From assembly GCF_000143415.4 (NCBI RefSeq), contig NW_003314302.1, positions 1,467,208 through 1,531,207 of the forward strand: a stretch of DNA of 64,000 nt, given 5' to 3'. Shown piece after piece: positions 1 to 14,787 of the stretch. The notes beneath the pieces are model-generated. The model saw nothing but the letters and a program-made list of their open reading frames with translations. It was not told the DNA's origin and searched no databases. The translations under genes were made by a program, and so were the position numbers. The stretch is from Selaginella moellendorffii. Taxonomy: Eukaryota > Plantae > Lycopodiophyta. Positions within the stretch are counted from its first letter, which is position 1. Every line of letters starts with the position of its first letter.

Positions 1-1425
<1,425 letters not shown>

Positions 1426-2509
1426 AAGACGCTGCAGTAGCAGGTACGCAAAAGTCTGTCCTTTCTTTTGGTCGTCACTACGAAGTACTGTTTATCAGGC
1501 CAGGCATTTTCGAAGTCTTAGAGATCACAGCAAGGCATTGCTTTGGAAATTCTGCGCAGTCGGGGCTTCCCTGCGGAATCCGCAAAGTTTCTATCGCTAC
1601 TTCGTTATAAAAATCTCTCTTCCAATCCATCAGAGGCCATGGCACGTCACAAGTTTGTCTCTCTTTACTTGTGGTATTGATAGTCGCTACGCAGCTAGCG
1701 ACATTACACCGTCTCCAGCTCCAGCTCCGGATAGTTGCTGGAAGAATGTGGAGACCAAAACCGGAGGGGCATACTCCGAGAGTTTGGTCTACGAATCCAT
1801 GTATCGAGTGCCGGGCAACATGACGATCCAGCGCGAGAAACACTTTTGGAGTTTGAGCTGCTTCCATGACAAGGCAAAGTGTAGGAGGTGTGGTGGGGCT
1901 TCGGCGAGCGCAATCTTTCAGTCTCCAAAATCATTTTATTACCGAGGGAACTCTAGACCATTTCTTGCCTATTCCGATCCAGTTCGCGTGCATGGATCAT
2001 GCTCCCGCCATCTACATCAGGAGCTGCTGGCGCAAGATCCTGGACAAGTTCTGTGAGTATTGCGTTCCACGACACTTCGTTGCCAGATCTCCTATTGCGT
2101 ACTAGGAGTAGACATGGAGTTTTTCATTCGCCATGGAAGCTGGTTGATACAGGCTAGCCCTGGAAAGGAAGAAATTAAAGATCTTTAGTTTTGTCAAAAG
2201 AAACAAGGGAATTTTGTTCTCGCACGTTGATAATAGCGTCTTGAAGCTAGTCTTTATACTGAATAACATTTTTCTTCAAAAAGCTTTGAACTTCTCATCC
2301 TTGGCATATTGCTCATGGTCATGAAATGCCATGAAAAAGGTGCTGTCACAAGCAAAAGACTAAAACAAGAGTACTGAAGGGCTACGTACAAGTGATGACA
2401 ATAACCTTATAACTCTATCACTATCCACCTGTGGAGTCTAAAGTGTGTTCTAATGGCATCAGACGACTGTGAGAGGCAATATGGTGTGGAGTACTCAAAT
2501 AACATCTAA

Positions 2510-2916
2510 ACCGTGAATGACTTGGTATTAAATCATTTTCCCAATTTTATGGTATGTGGTTTGTTTAAGGGGCTTTTTAGTGAAATTGACTATATCAACT
2601 GTTGCGGTAAGTTGGACGACAAGTTCAACATAACATTTGAAGCAATTGAATTACTATATATGCACAATTTTTGAAGGATCAGATAATTGTACAAAGAGAT
2701 CAAGAATAATTGGCACCACTTACAGATTCACTAGTGCTTTCTTTTGATGTTCCTTCAGATCTTGGCTTAATTCTCTTTCATCCTTTAGAGAGGAGGGAGG
2801 TCTAGATATGTCATATACTATTATTAGTATAGTTGAATTTTGGTAGCTTCTATATAAGTTAAGGTTTTTGGGTATCCACATTTTCATATTCTATTTCCAT
2901 ATTCCATGCACTCACA
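2510..2916 (+). mobile_element. Decayed 3' end (integrase tail, PPT region, short LTR) of Gypsy family E
   Basis: Aligns by eye with 39290-39750 (ttttggtag...tatataa..aggtttttgg...atattccatgcactcaca). Confidence 0.65.
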
Positions 2917-3246
2917 ATATTATATCTAAAATAACAATTGTTTTACAAAATAAAATAAATAATATAATGTATACATTTACAAATCACAAGTGCATAGTTG
3001 AGGTGGCTTTACATACCTTTTTATATACCATCATTGCCTATTAGCATATGGGAGTGTTTTCTTTGTGAAGCCTCAACCTCTATACTAAATCTGTAGTTGA
3101 GAAGGAGAGGAATAGGCCTTATGCCATCTTGAAATAAACACTATAGTAAACAAGTAAAAGATTGTAACATGAGATAACATTACTTAATGAGCATAACAAT
3201 TCAATAAAAGAGTTTGATAGTGTAGCCTATATAAAATTGCATTCTC

Positions 3247-3351
3247 AAATGGCAAGGGATCAAGATAGCATGAGGCCTCATGCCATTTGTGACCATGGGT
3301 GACTACCAGCAATGGCATAAGCTCTCATGGCATCTTGGTCCTCTACCATTT
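3247..3351. repeat. Imperfect inverted repeat / fold-back (~41 bp arms, ~23 bp loop)
   Basis: aaatggcaagggatcaagatagcatgaggcctcatgccatt versus the reverse complement of 3311-3351, aaatggtagaggaccaagatgccatgagagcttatgccatt. Confidence 0.75.
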
Positions 3352-3459
3352 TTAGATACCAAGGCCATTGCCGGCCACATGAGATTCAAGGAATAGAAGA
3401 TAAAAATACCTTGTAGTATAGCAGAAGTGCTAGCAATCAAAAGCACTAGTAAGAGCAAG

Positions 3460-3775
3460 TGTTAGGAAATTGAAATGCAAGAGGAAGTGCCATTTACACA
3501 AACTCACATAAGTAAGTGCTACTTGCACAAACCCATAGCATGGCTAAAGCATCACCCACACAAACTTATAGTTTATAGAGGAAGTGCTACTCATATAAAC
3601 TCAAGGCAAGTGAAAATGCCATTTGCTGAACCTAACTACCCTCCTATAAATACTATTATGAGTTGCTAATGCTAGATCCTAGGGTTTGTATTTAATAAGC
3701 ATTCTTTAACTTGTCCAAGCAAAGTCTATTGGACACTTGGGCTGTGTATAAGTGGAACAACACTAGCTCCTAACA
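3460..3775 (+). mobile_element. Possible solo LTR of an unrelated family
   Basis: Termini TGTTAGGA...TCCTAACA are perfect inverted repeats. Contains internal degenerate repeats and CTATAAATA. No TSD found. Confidence 0.4.
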
Positions 3776-4052
3776 TTGTCCACATGTGAAATACAAAGTG
3801 AATGACTTAGTGTTAGTCCATTTTCCGAATCTTACAGTACATGGTTTGTTTAAAAGGCTCTTTGCTTTGTGTAGGTGTTGCTGCAAATTGGACTACAAAT
3901 TTATGAGGTTTAGCATAATGTTTAATATACCAATCATCCAAAAATTGTGCATATGCAACAATTGAAACACTTTGTACAAAAGGATAAAAAATAACTAACA
4001 CCACTTATAGATCCATCGGTGCCTCCTCCTAATATTCCTCTAGATCCCAGCC
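3776..4052 (+). mobile_element. Second decayed 3' fragment of Gypsy family E
   Basis: Matches 39268-39540 (ttgtccac...tacaaagtg...gtgttagtcc...caccactta). Confidence 0.65.
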
Positions 4053-4053
4053 C

Positions 4054-4588
4054 GATCCAAGTGCTCCACGTGTCCGATCCTATGATTGACACTAGGTGCC
4101 TTTGAAATATTAACCTGTTATACTAAGGCTATGTCCATTCACCTTTGGCTCGTAAGCACTCCAAGACCACCCATACCATCATCTCTTAAAAACTGGGCCA
4201 TCTGTCCATAAGTGGTCATCCCATGACCACACCTTAGCATCTTTAGGATATCTGAAGAAATGGGGAAAACCCTTCCCCAATATCCCTTCTTCATTCCCCA
4301 CTATATCCCTTTCCATCCATGACTGTGCTTGCCAACATTGCCACTGGGTTAGGGCTCGAAAGCTTGACTAGTAAGTCTCCCTGACTTTTGGGATTTCTTT
4401 GCCACGTGACTGTATCCTTGGTCACTACACAAGAGGACTATTCCTCTTTTTTTTCCATAGTTCAAGACTTTGGGATGACATTTCGAAACACTGGAGATCA
4501 ACACAAGCCTCATAGATACTCTCCCCACCTTTTGCCTCTAGATGCCCTAGCCATGTAGCTAGAGTGAGGTTACAATGAGCCACACTAA
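4054..4588 (-). mobile_element. Family-B LTR fragment, inverted
   Basis: Reverse complement matches the 3' half of the B LTR (~25955-26495). Confidence 0.75.
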
Positions 4589-5417
4589 GATGAGATGGAC
4601 CCAATATAGGAGTTCCGAGATGGACCCGATATGGACCCGAGATGGAGTCCTGAGATGGACTCGAGATGAAGTCCAAGACAGAGTCTAAGATGGACCCGAG
4701 ATAGAGTCTGAGATGAAGTCTGAGATGGAACCAAGACCAAAACCGAGACTGAGACTGAGACCGAGACCAAGTCCAAGTCCAAGACCGAGTTTGAGTTCGA
4801 GTCTGAGTCCAAGTCTGAATACTAATACAGGCTATTGGGTGAAAGCCCAAAGCGATCATACCCTAGGGGGTTCCAAAAGTATAATAGGGAGAGGGAGGGG
4901 GTTGGACTTCAGTGGAACTAATTTGGCTAGGAAAGGCCAGTGTGACCCATGAAGGATATACCCATGCCTTGGGTGATAATATAACCATAGAGGAGTCCAA
5001 GGCTAAAGTGAATACAGATAGACAAATGTTGAGATGACTGAGTGACTTCAGAGAGAGACTTCTCAAATACAGAGTCTCTTTCTCTGAGAGTGTTTGACTG
5101 ACTGATCTCTCTATTTGAGATGTGAAGTGTTTAAAAGCTAACTCTAGCTCCCTTGGGAGATCGAATGATCGATACTCCCAATTCAGGTGTGGGTGGCATT
5201 ACTTATTTAGATGCCTAACGTGGCTCATTGGAACCTCACCCTAGCCCCATGGCTAGGGCAAGGTGGGGAGAGTACCCATGAGGCTTGCATAAGGTTGTAG
5301 TGTTTTGAAATGTTATCGTAAAGTCCTAGATTGAGGAAAGGAAAAGGAGCAATCCTTTTGTGTGGTGACCAAGGATGCGGTCATATGGCAAGGAAGTCCT
5401 AGGCGTTAGTGGGATAT

Positions 5418-8400
5418 TGTAGCGCACCTGAATTTGGAGTCGAACTCCAAGCCCGTTGCGCTACGAAACGAAGGTCCAATACAATCCCACGAGCACCAGC
5501 TCCCCGTATCCAGCACCTGCACGCAAAATGGTGTTAGACGGAGTCTGGCACAATTTTGGCATACCGGTGGCCTAACGCGAGAAGGAGGGTACTCCATCGA
5601 CTAGAGCAGTGTGGAGCTTGGGCTTAGACCCAAGCCGGACGCAAAACAAGGAGCGACACAGCCCAGCGGGAGCCAAACTAATATCTCAAGTGGTCGGACA
5701 TGCATTCCAACCACTATCCCTACTATACATTTGGAACCCGCCACAACCCCCCCCCCCCCCTTGAGGGACACACGCTTTGGGCTTTCACCCCAAGCCTCCC
5801 TTAGTACCAGGAGTTAGTCTCTAGGACAAGTCCGAAACTTACTAAATATGGAATGTCCTTAGATTGTCAATTTGGACACGGGACGAACACCATTGTGTTC
5901 AGGCCGATCTCTACATTCTGTAAATATGCCAAATGAGCAAATCTAGACACTTTCCATAAATAGCATTTGGGACCGAAATGAGACTAACACAAAGGGTGTG
6001 ATAGCGAGGGTGTTTGGTAGACACGGTAAGTTATCATCTGGCGATATTGAGGGACTAGTCTCAATACGCGAGGGTTCTTGCCAAGCCAGTGCAAGACAGA
6101 GCAAAAGAGAACTAAAAAGCCGGGCCAAGTATGTTTGGCCAAATAGACACTTAGGAATTCCATCCTTATGCTCATCCAGCCAAGTACAGATGCTAAGTCC
6201 AGTTTACTAACACTTGGACAAGAGGGGCCAATAAAGAGAACTAACAGTACTGACCTCCTGCCGTCATGGCAGTAAGGAAAGAGTGCCCGTAAGGACTGGT
6301 CGACAAGTATCTTTCGATACCCGAAGTCACATTCGCGACACTCTCCCCCCTTTGGGGAAGATCAACGTCCTCGTCGATGTATACCCGAGTCTAGCAAACT
6401 GTCAAGGAAACAACTCCGAAAGTTAACGGAAAGCACACTATGTGGGAAACACACCAACTTAAATGAGTTAGGGAACGACCTCTCCTCTACGTCCAAAGAC
6501 GTTAAGACTCAAACACCCTCCGGCCGTCATTGACAAGGAAATGACTAACAGAGTTAACCACCCTTGCTGCTTCGAGTACCACTCGGCTTACAAAGGAATG
6601 ATACATCCCTGCCCGCAGGGACATAGGGAGAAGGCCAGAGGCCCAACTTCCCCTGAGCAAGAAATCAACCCCGTCGGGAAGATTTAGACAACTATTATAA
6701 ACTAGCAGATTAAGTTGTTTATACGACCACGCCCTTTTTTTTTTTTTTTTGAAAATGAGTCATCAAGAGAGAGGTAGGGACTTGTGATCAGTCTATAATA
6801 GTTATCCCCATGGTTATGGATTGGACTTATGCACCGAAGTGCTGAAGTCAACCTGCCAAAACTGACCCAAGTACTAACGAAGGAGAGAAACAACACTTTG
6901 ATTTACAGAAATATATATGACTTTATTAATTTGCAAGATTTATTACAAGATTTACAAAAGCTAAGCTTTATTACTATTCTCATATTCCATGACAAGCTCA
7001 TGAGCATGGCTAAGATTACTAAGAGGCTCCCAAGTTGATTCACAAGTTGGGTAACCTTTCCACTTAACTAGATACTCCCAGTGGGAATCCAAAATAGCTT
7101 CTACTTCATACTCAGGTTCACCATCCACAACGTCTGGCGGTGGACGAATCTCCCGTTGACGTGCAACATCCATAGTGTAAGGAGCCAATAAATTGGCATG
7201 AAATACATTATGAACATTGGACATCTCCGTAGGTAGATCCAACCGATAGGATACATCACCAAGACGTTTTAACACCCGATAGGGTCCAACATATCTCGGC
7301 AAGAGCTTCCGAGACAAAGAACCCTTAATGTTCAAGTTTCGGGAAGACAGCCACACCTGATCTCCCACTTGATAGGATACATCCCGACGATGCTGATCCT
7401 TATCACGTCGATACCTATCCTGAGCTTTGCTCATCGCCTCAGTAGCTCTAGACCAACCTTGGCGTAACTACTCCGCATAAGTCTCAACGGCTGGGACCAA
7501 CACTTTGGTCATTGGTTTCGGTACAACGATCTGTTAAGGAACCCCACGAGCATTCCCTTGTAGCATCTCCCATGGAGAACAGGCTATAGTGCTGTGAAAT
7601 GTGTTGTTATAACAAATTTCTGCTGTATCCAAATGCTTAACCCAATCGCGTTGGTCCGCCGCGACATAGTACCACAGATAATCCTCAACTTGAGCATTCA
7701 CGCGTTCGGTCTGCCCATTAGTTTGAGGATGATAAGCTGTACTAAACTTCAACTTGGTACCGAACAGCTGGAACAGTGTGCCCCAAAACTTCCCCGTAAA
7801 CCTCGAATCTCTATCTGAGATCATTTCTTCAGGAAGACCACGAAATCGCACTACTTCATGGAAAAAGAGCTTTGCTGCTTGTTTCGCATTCACTGTTCCC
7901 ACAGTTGGAATGAAGTGTGCAATCTTCGACAACCAATCCACAACCACCATCAAAGTATCATAACCCTTAGACTTCGGCAAGCAAGTGACGAAATCAAGTG
8001 TCACACTTTGAAATGGCCATGCCAGTGCTGGAATGCACTGCAACTTCCCAACCTGCTTCTCAGTTCTGCGCTTACATTGCTGGCATATAGGGCAGGAACG
8101 GACATAATCCGCTACATCACCTTCCATACCAGACCAGAAAAATCCCTTTTTCAATGAAGCTAGAGTCTTTCGCTTCCCACCATGTCCCGCTACCGGAACA
8201 TCATGATGTTCCCGCAGAAATAATTGCTGAAGATCCTTAGAGGGAAGATACAATATTTCTTGCTTATAGAATATAAGCCCGTCCCAAACTGAGAAGTGAA
8301 GCTTTGCATTAGTGCGACTAGCAACTTTTGCTGCTTCGCTACTAGGGCTTTGCTTCAACAACCCCGCACGGCATAAGACTGCCTTTGCCAATGGATCACT

Positions 8401-11400
8401 TCCATACGAAGCCCGAACGTCCTCTAACTAGTCTGAAATGATTGCCGATATTGCCCGGAATTGAGCTTGACGACTCAACGCATCCGGAACAATATTGTCT
8501 TTACCAGGTTTATATACGATTTCAATATCATATTTAGCAAGCTTCTCTTGCCAACGAGCCTGCTTCGGCGTAAGCTTAGGCTGCGTAGCAAAGTAGCTTA
8601 GTGTGTTACTATCCGTATAAACCTTGGTATGTCCACCCAAGTAATGTCTCCAGTGTTCCAGGGCCGACACTATAGCAAACATCTCTTTCTCATGCGTTGG
8701 CCATCTTCGTTGGGTCTCATCCAATTTCTTGGAATAGAACGCAACGGGACAACCATGTTGCCTTAGCGTAACACCAACCGCTTTGTCACAATCTTGCTGC
8801 AACACGGCACCAATAGCATTGCCAGACGCATCACAATGCACTTCAAAGGGTTTATCAAGATCTGGGATACTGAGAATAGGAACCGTAGTCAAGATCTCCT
8901 TCAATCGTACAAAAGCACGCTGACAAGCTGGTGTCCAATGAAATGGAATACTACTCTTCATCAACTCAGTCAACGGAAGAGCAATTCTTGCAAAATTGCA
9001 GACAAACTTGCGATAGTATCCCGCCAAACCGAGAAAGGAACGAACATCTGATACAGTGGTCGGGACTTCCCAGGACTTCACCGCTTCCACCTTCTTTGGA
9101 TCGACCTCAATCACGCCACCACCAACTATATGTCCGAGAAAGTTTACGCGCAATTGACCAAAAGCGCATTTACTTTCATTAGCATACAGTTTGTGTTCGC
9201 GCAACTTTTGAAACACCAGCTCCAAGTGTTTCAAATGATCCTCCAACGTTTCGCTGAAGACTAGAATATCGTCGATATATAGGACAACAAATGTGTCCAG
9301 ATAATCTCTGAATATTCTATCCATCATAGTGCTGAACGTTGCCGGAGCATTGCATAACCTGAACGGCATGACAAGGAACTCATAAGATCCGTACCGAGTC
9401 TTAAAGGCTGTCTTCTCCACATCCTGATCCGCCACCCGTATCTGATGATACCCGGACCACAAATTAAGTCGCGTAAAATACTTAGCCTTTAAGAGTTGGT
9501 CAAACAAGTCATCAATGCGAGGCAAAGGATAACTGTTTTTAACCGTGATCTTGTTGAGTGCCCAATAGTCAATACACATCCTCATGGTTCCATCCTTTTT
9601 CATAACAAAAAGGACCGATGCTCCATAAGGTGATTTGCTTGGTCGGATATGACCTTTGTCAAGTAGCTCCGTGAGTTGCTTCTTGAGTTCAGCCATCTCC
9701 TTGATGTTCAACCGATAGGGAGCTTTCGTAGGTGGTTTAGAACCCAGAATAACCTCAATCTGATGATCAACCTCACGGCTAGGAGGTAGCCCTGGCGGCA
9801 AATCCTTCGGAAAGATATCCTGATTCCACGCCAACAACTCCAATATCTTCTTTGGTACAGGATCAACCTCGTCACCGATTCGAACTGAGTCATCAATACC
9901 CTTAGTTTCCATCACTTGAACCCAAAAGGTCCAACATCCCTTCTTAGCTACTTTTTGAGCGGCCCTCGCAGTCAGGAACTTAGCATCCCAATCCTTTGAG
10001 GAGCGCTTTTGCAACTGAAAGGATACATCAGGATGTCCTTTTGACTTCAATGTGATTCTACTTTGTCCAGCACCATAAATCCCTCTTATATACTTGTTGA
10101 AGAAATCCATACCAAACACCATTTGAAAATCTGGTATCTTCAACACTACCAAGTCCACTCTTTCTTTCCACTTGGATATCTTTATTGGAACATCACTCAC
10201 AAACTTTCTGGCTACTTGCCCACCTTCCGCAAACCGGAAGTGCATAGGCGACATTTGCTCAGCATTCAATCCTAACAACTTAACTAAGTCTTCGGATATC
10301 ACGTTGTGCGTAGCTCCCGTGTCAATCATCACTCGGATTCGGTGTCCACGGACAAAGCCTACAATATACATCAACAGATCAGTGTTTGCATTGACTGCAA
10401 GAAAAGCTTGAGGAAAGCAACGAAAGTTACTCACCTCTTATTCCTCATAGTCTGCATTGACAAACTCATCAACCCCTTCAGCTTCACCACCACCATCTTC
10501 CCTCATGACATTAACTCGAGACCTTGTCTTATGCTTGTTGGGACATTCCAAGGACTTATGTCCCGACTCTCCACAATGGAAGCAATGACCCACACTACCC
10601 ATTCCGCTAGGAGCAGGTTTTGTAGGTTGCTGCTGCTTGTACCCACCAGAAGGAGGAACAAAGGGCCTAGGACCAGAAGAAGCTGTTGGTGGTCTCCAAC
10701 CACCACCACCTTTGTTAACCGTTGCTTGTGAGCCTCCAGGGCAGAACCTACTTTCCACCCTCTGTTTCCGATCACCTTGTTTATTCCCAGAATTTTTATT
10801 CTTATCCGAGTTACCAGCATACGGTTGCTGATATTGTTCCATGAGCGAGTGACTAAAGGCAACTTGCTGCGCCACCTCCTTACACTCCAGGTATGTCTTT
10901 GGCTTAAACTTCAAAATCTCATTATGAGAAAGTGAACTTAAACCCTCCAGGAAATAACTCCAAGCATTTTCGTCACTCATATTTGCAATCATAATGCGCT
11001 TCTGAGCAAACGCATTAACGTAATGCATGAGATCCCCTCGCTGCTTTAACCGCCGCAGCTCCGCGCGAAGTCTCAGACCAAGATCATCCGGCAAGTATTC
11101 CTTATGGATACGAGACCGCATCTTGGTCCAACTTCTAGTCTGCCCTTTTTCAGCACACACCTGGTGCCACCAAGTTTTGGCATGATCAGTGAGAAAGGAT
11201 TGCGCACACGCAACTTTCGTACGATCATCCACGTCTGCTGCTATGAAATAATTTTCCATATCGTAGACCCAGTCTTCCAAAACCTGATAGTCCCACATGC
11301 CTCTGAAGTTGGGTGGTTTCGGGGGCTTGAACTTTGAAACTCGTGCAGCTGGGGGCGGCTATAGAACTTCATCGTCCTCAGAACTCGAAGAGGAGTCTGG

Positions 11401-12760
11401 TTGCTTAGGCTTAACTGGTTTAGCTGCCTCAGCCTCTTTCTTCCTCTTCTTGTTCTCCTTCTTCAATTTGCGAATCTCCTTTTGCAAATTCTCGATCTTG
11501 ACTTCCTGAGCCATACGCTGCAGCACCGCAGCATCTGGCTCTTCCTCTTCTGACTCAGCCTCAGCCTCTTCCGCAGCATCTCTAGTAGGAGTTTCCTCCT
11601 CTCGATTCACCCGTCTAGAGGTTTCAGCATCATCAGCACGGTTCCTCTTCACCATCCCGCTAGCTGCATGCATGCCTCTATCAATAACTGAACATGCATA
11701 CAACGTTCTTACCGAATGGTGCAATCCAACTAATCCTACACAGGTCGCTTTGGATCTACTAGAAAAGTCTTTGCGTATGCAACTTGAGTCAGAAAATCCG
11801 ACAAAAGTTGGATAGGAGTCGCTGAGATAATCTCTCTGATACCAAATGTAGCACACCTGAATTTGGATCAAACTCCAAGCCCATTGCGCTACGAAACAAG
11901 GGTCCGGTACAATCCCACGAGCACCAGCTCCCCGTATCCAGCACCTGCACGCAAAATGGTGTTAGACGGAGTTTGCACGATTTTGGCATACTGGTGCCTA
12001 ACGCGAGAAGGAGGGTACTCCACCGACTAGAGCAGCGTGGAGCTTGGGCTTAGACCCAAGCCGGACGCAGAACAAGGAGCGACATAGCCCAGCGGGAGCC
12101 AAACTAATGTCTTAGGTGGTCGGACATGCATTCCAACCACTATCCCTACTATACATTTGGAACCCCCCACAACACCCCCCCCTTTGAGGGACACACGCTT
12201 TGGGCTTTCACCCCAAGCCTCCCTTAGTACCAGGAGTTAGTCTCTAGGACAAGTCTGAAACTTACTAAATATGGAATGTCCTTAGATTGCGAATTTGGAC
12301 ACGGGACGAACACCATTGTGTTCAGGCCGATCTCTACATTCCATAGATATGCCAAATGAGCAAATTTAGACACTTTCCATAAATAGCATTTGAGACCGAA
12401 ATGAGACTAACACAAAGGGTGTGATAGTGAGGGTGTTTGGTAGACACGGTAAGGTATCATCTGGCGATATTGAGGGACTAGTCTCAATACGTGAGGGTTC
12501 TTGCTAAGCCAGTGCAAGACAAAGCAAAAGAGAACTAAAAAGCGGGGCCAAGTATGTTTGGCCAAATAGACACTTAGGAATTCCGTCCTTATGCTCATCC
12601 GGCCAAGTACAGATGCTAAGTCTAGTTTACTAACACTTGGACAAGAGCCAATAAAGGGAACCAGCAGTACCAACCTCTTGCCGTCATGGCAGTAAGGAAA
12701 AAGTGCCCGTAAGTACTGGTTGACAAGTATCTTTCGATACCCAAAGTCACATTCGCGACA
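5418..12760 (-). mobile_element. Element A: full-length Ty3/Gypsy chromovirus
   Basis: LTRs 5418-6340 and 11847-12760 (TG...CA). TSD GATAT at 5413-5417 and 12761-12765. PBS TGGTATCAGAG (tRNA-iMet) at ~11834-11844. PPT at 6341-6357. Gag-PR-RT-RH-IN-chromodomain order. Confidence 0.97.
6961..11673 (-). pseudogene. gag-pol of element A: one reading frame broken by 5 in-frame stops
   Basis: CCHC knuckle CFHCGESGHKSLEC, protease IDTGA, RT YIDD, RNase H CDAS, integrase HHCC and DDE, GPY, chromodomain YEVEAILD..YLVKWKGY..STWEP. Stops at 11359, 10438, 8428, 7534 and 7468 are all in the same frame. Confidence 0.95.
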
Positions 12761-13249
12761 GATATAGTGGTTAGGCCTTCAAGCCCTAACTTAATGGCAA
12801 TGTTAGCAAACACGACGATGAATGGAAAAGGACTTAATGGGGATTGAAAAAGGGATATTGGGGAAGGCTATGCCCTATGTCTATAGGCATCTTAAGGATG
12901 CTAAGGAGTGGATTTGGGATGATCATTTATGGATGGATGACTCAGTCTTTGATAGGACTGTGATATAGGTGGTGTTAGACCATAGGAGTGACAAAGGTGA
13001 ATGGGCATGGCCTTAGCATAATGGGCTGATATGTTAGTGGTACCTTTGGTTGATGGTCATGGGATCGGATAGGTGGAGCATTTAGACCAAGTGCAATGGT
13101 TAAATGGCATGGATGCTATTTTCGGGGCTAGCAAGTCCCTAAGTTTGGAATAAGACTTACGGAGGTTGTGAATGAAATTTCTCCAAGTGGTCGGAGGTGT
13201 GATTAAGTAACTAAAGTATAATGGAAAAATTAATTATTTATACCTTACT

Positions 13250-14787
13250 AAAATCCTTTTAGATTTATCCAATTTGGATAGATAAATTTCTTTTTTCTCT
13301 GCAACCTTAGATGTTAGATAGCACCTCCTATCCATTTTTTTGCTAAAGACTTAATCCTTTAGGCTTTATCCAATGCCCTCATAATACCAAACACCACTTC
13401 TTGGGTGTTTTAGAGTGCTTAGGTGTTCCAATGATGGCCTTTATTGACAATAAACATTTCTTTTTATAACATTGATTCATTATATTACAATATAAGTTAT
13501 TTATTCCCCAAGGGATATATCTAACCTCTTTTTTGTCCAACCAAGGAGTCTTAGGAAGTTAGGTTCAAAAAATTATTTTAAACCTTTGCTTAGTTACTTT
13601 ATAGTTATTATATCCTTCAACTCATTGCTAGTGCTTCCACACCCCCATCATTATTTGGGTCAACATATTTAAGTTGCATGGTTTTTAACTTAGGATATAC
13701 TTATCCTATTTTTATTGGGATTCTTTTGGTAAGGGGTTAACCAACTTGACTTCAAGGCATCACATCTTGGAACATTTGGTGTCTTCACACCATCGGCTTT
13801 ATGAGTCTACCCTTATGACACTTCCTATTTGTGTTTTAGTTTTTGCCAAGATAATAGTAGTCATTTTTTATGCCAACTATCAGTTAGCACTGCAATACAA
13901 TATTTACACACAACTTCTCGCCAAAGTTGCTTTCTTCCATAAACACCTTTTCACGACTTTAGTTTGACACGTTTTGCCATCAATGAAATACCCACTATTC
14001 TCATACTTAGATCTCATAATCCTCTTAGTGCTTCATAAGATACAACACACTTCCGTCCATACAAAATTCCTTCAAGTCTTTGGGACCATCCCATGACTAT
14101 ACTAAGTCATCCAGCTTTTGGACTTTGTTAATTTGTCATCCTATAAGGTCCTAGCCTCATGAGTACATTTGATGTGCCACTACACTTAAATATAACTTCT
14201 TGTATTCACATGTCATTCACAAATACTATCTTTGCAAGTGTTACTTTAACACTTGATTATCCTTTGTTCTACATGGGTTATTTTTGCCCTTTAGAAGTCT
14301 CTTTTCATATGATGAGACAACTACTCATCCTAATTCTTTGGGTTGTTCTGACTTTATTAAAAGTAACCTTAATTACTATTTCAAGGACATATATCCTAAT
14401 TTGTATTTGACCTCATACAATCACCAACTCTAGTCTCAAATTCTTGAGCACCATCCTCAACTATATAAAGATAATCTTATGATTCCTTTATTGTCTAGGA
14501 GTTTCTATCATTTTTGTGATCTTAACTATAGTTTTTTACCATAACCTAATTTGCTAAGTCAAACATTTATCTGGATCACATCCTCAACTGCCTAAGGAAA
14601 ACATTCTACTGTTCCTAAAATCCCAAAGTCATTCCTTTACTAGCCCCTTTTTAACGTATAAACTTAGAGAGTCATGCTGTCTAGACATATTACTCCTTAC
14701 TTCTGGGACCTTCCGATGGTAATATCAAGTGGTAATATATTTGACTACCAATAAAAGTTGGACTAAGGAACAATTTCAATATCAAGT
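13250..14787 (-). mobile_element. Highly decayed internal retroelement sequence next to the family-B LTR
   Basis: Degenerate PBS-like acttgatattg abuts the LTR end at 14788. Only faint gag-like remnants. Confidence 0.35.

Larger units (their letters stand above)
4589..13242 (+). mobile_element. Old 5'-truncated family-B LTR, split by element A
   Basis: 4589-5417 joined to 12766-13242 follows the B LTR, including the GAGATGGAGTCC/GAGACC repeats and a decayed terminus ggaaaaattaattatttata. Confidence 0.8.

Noticed and set aside
8758-8793. Possible third intron, in the RNase H of element A
   Set aside because: In-frame 36 nt without frame-restoring GT-AG ends. Better explained as a tandem duplication.
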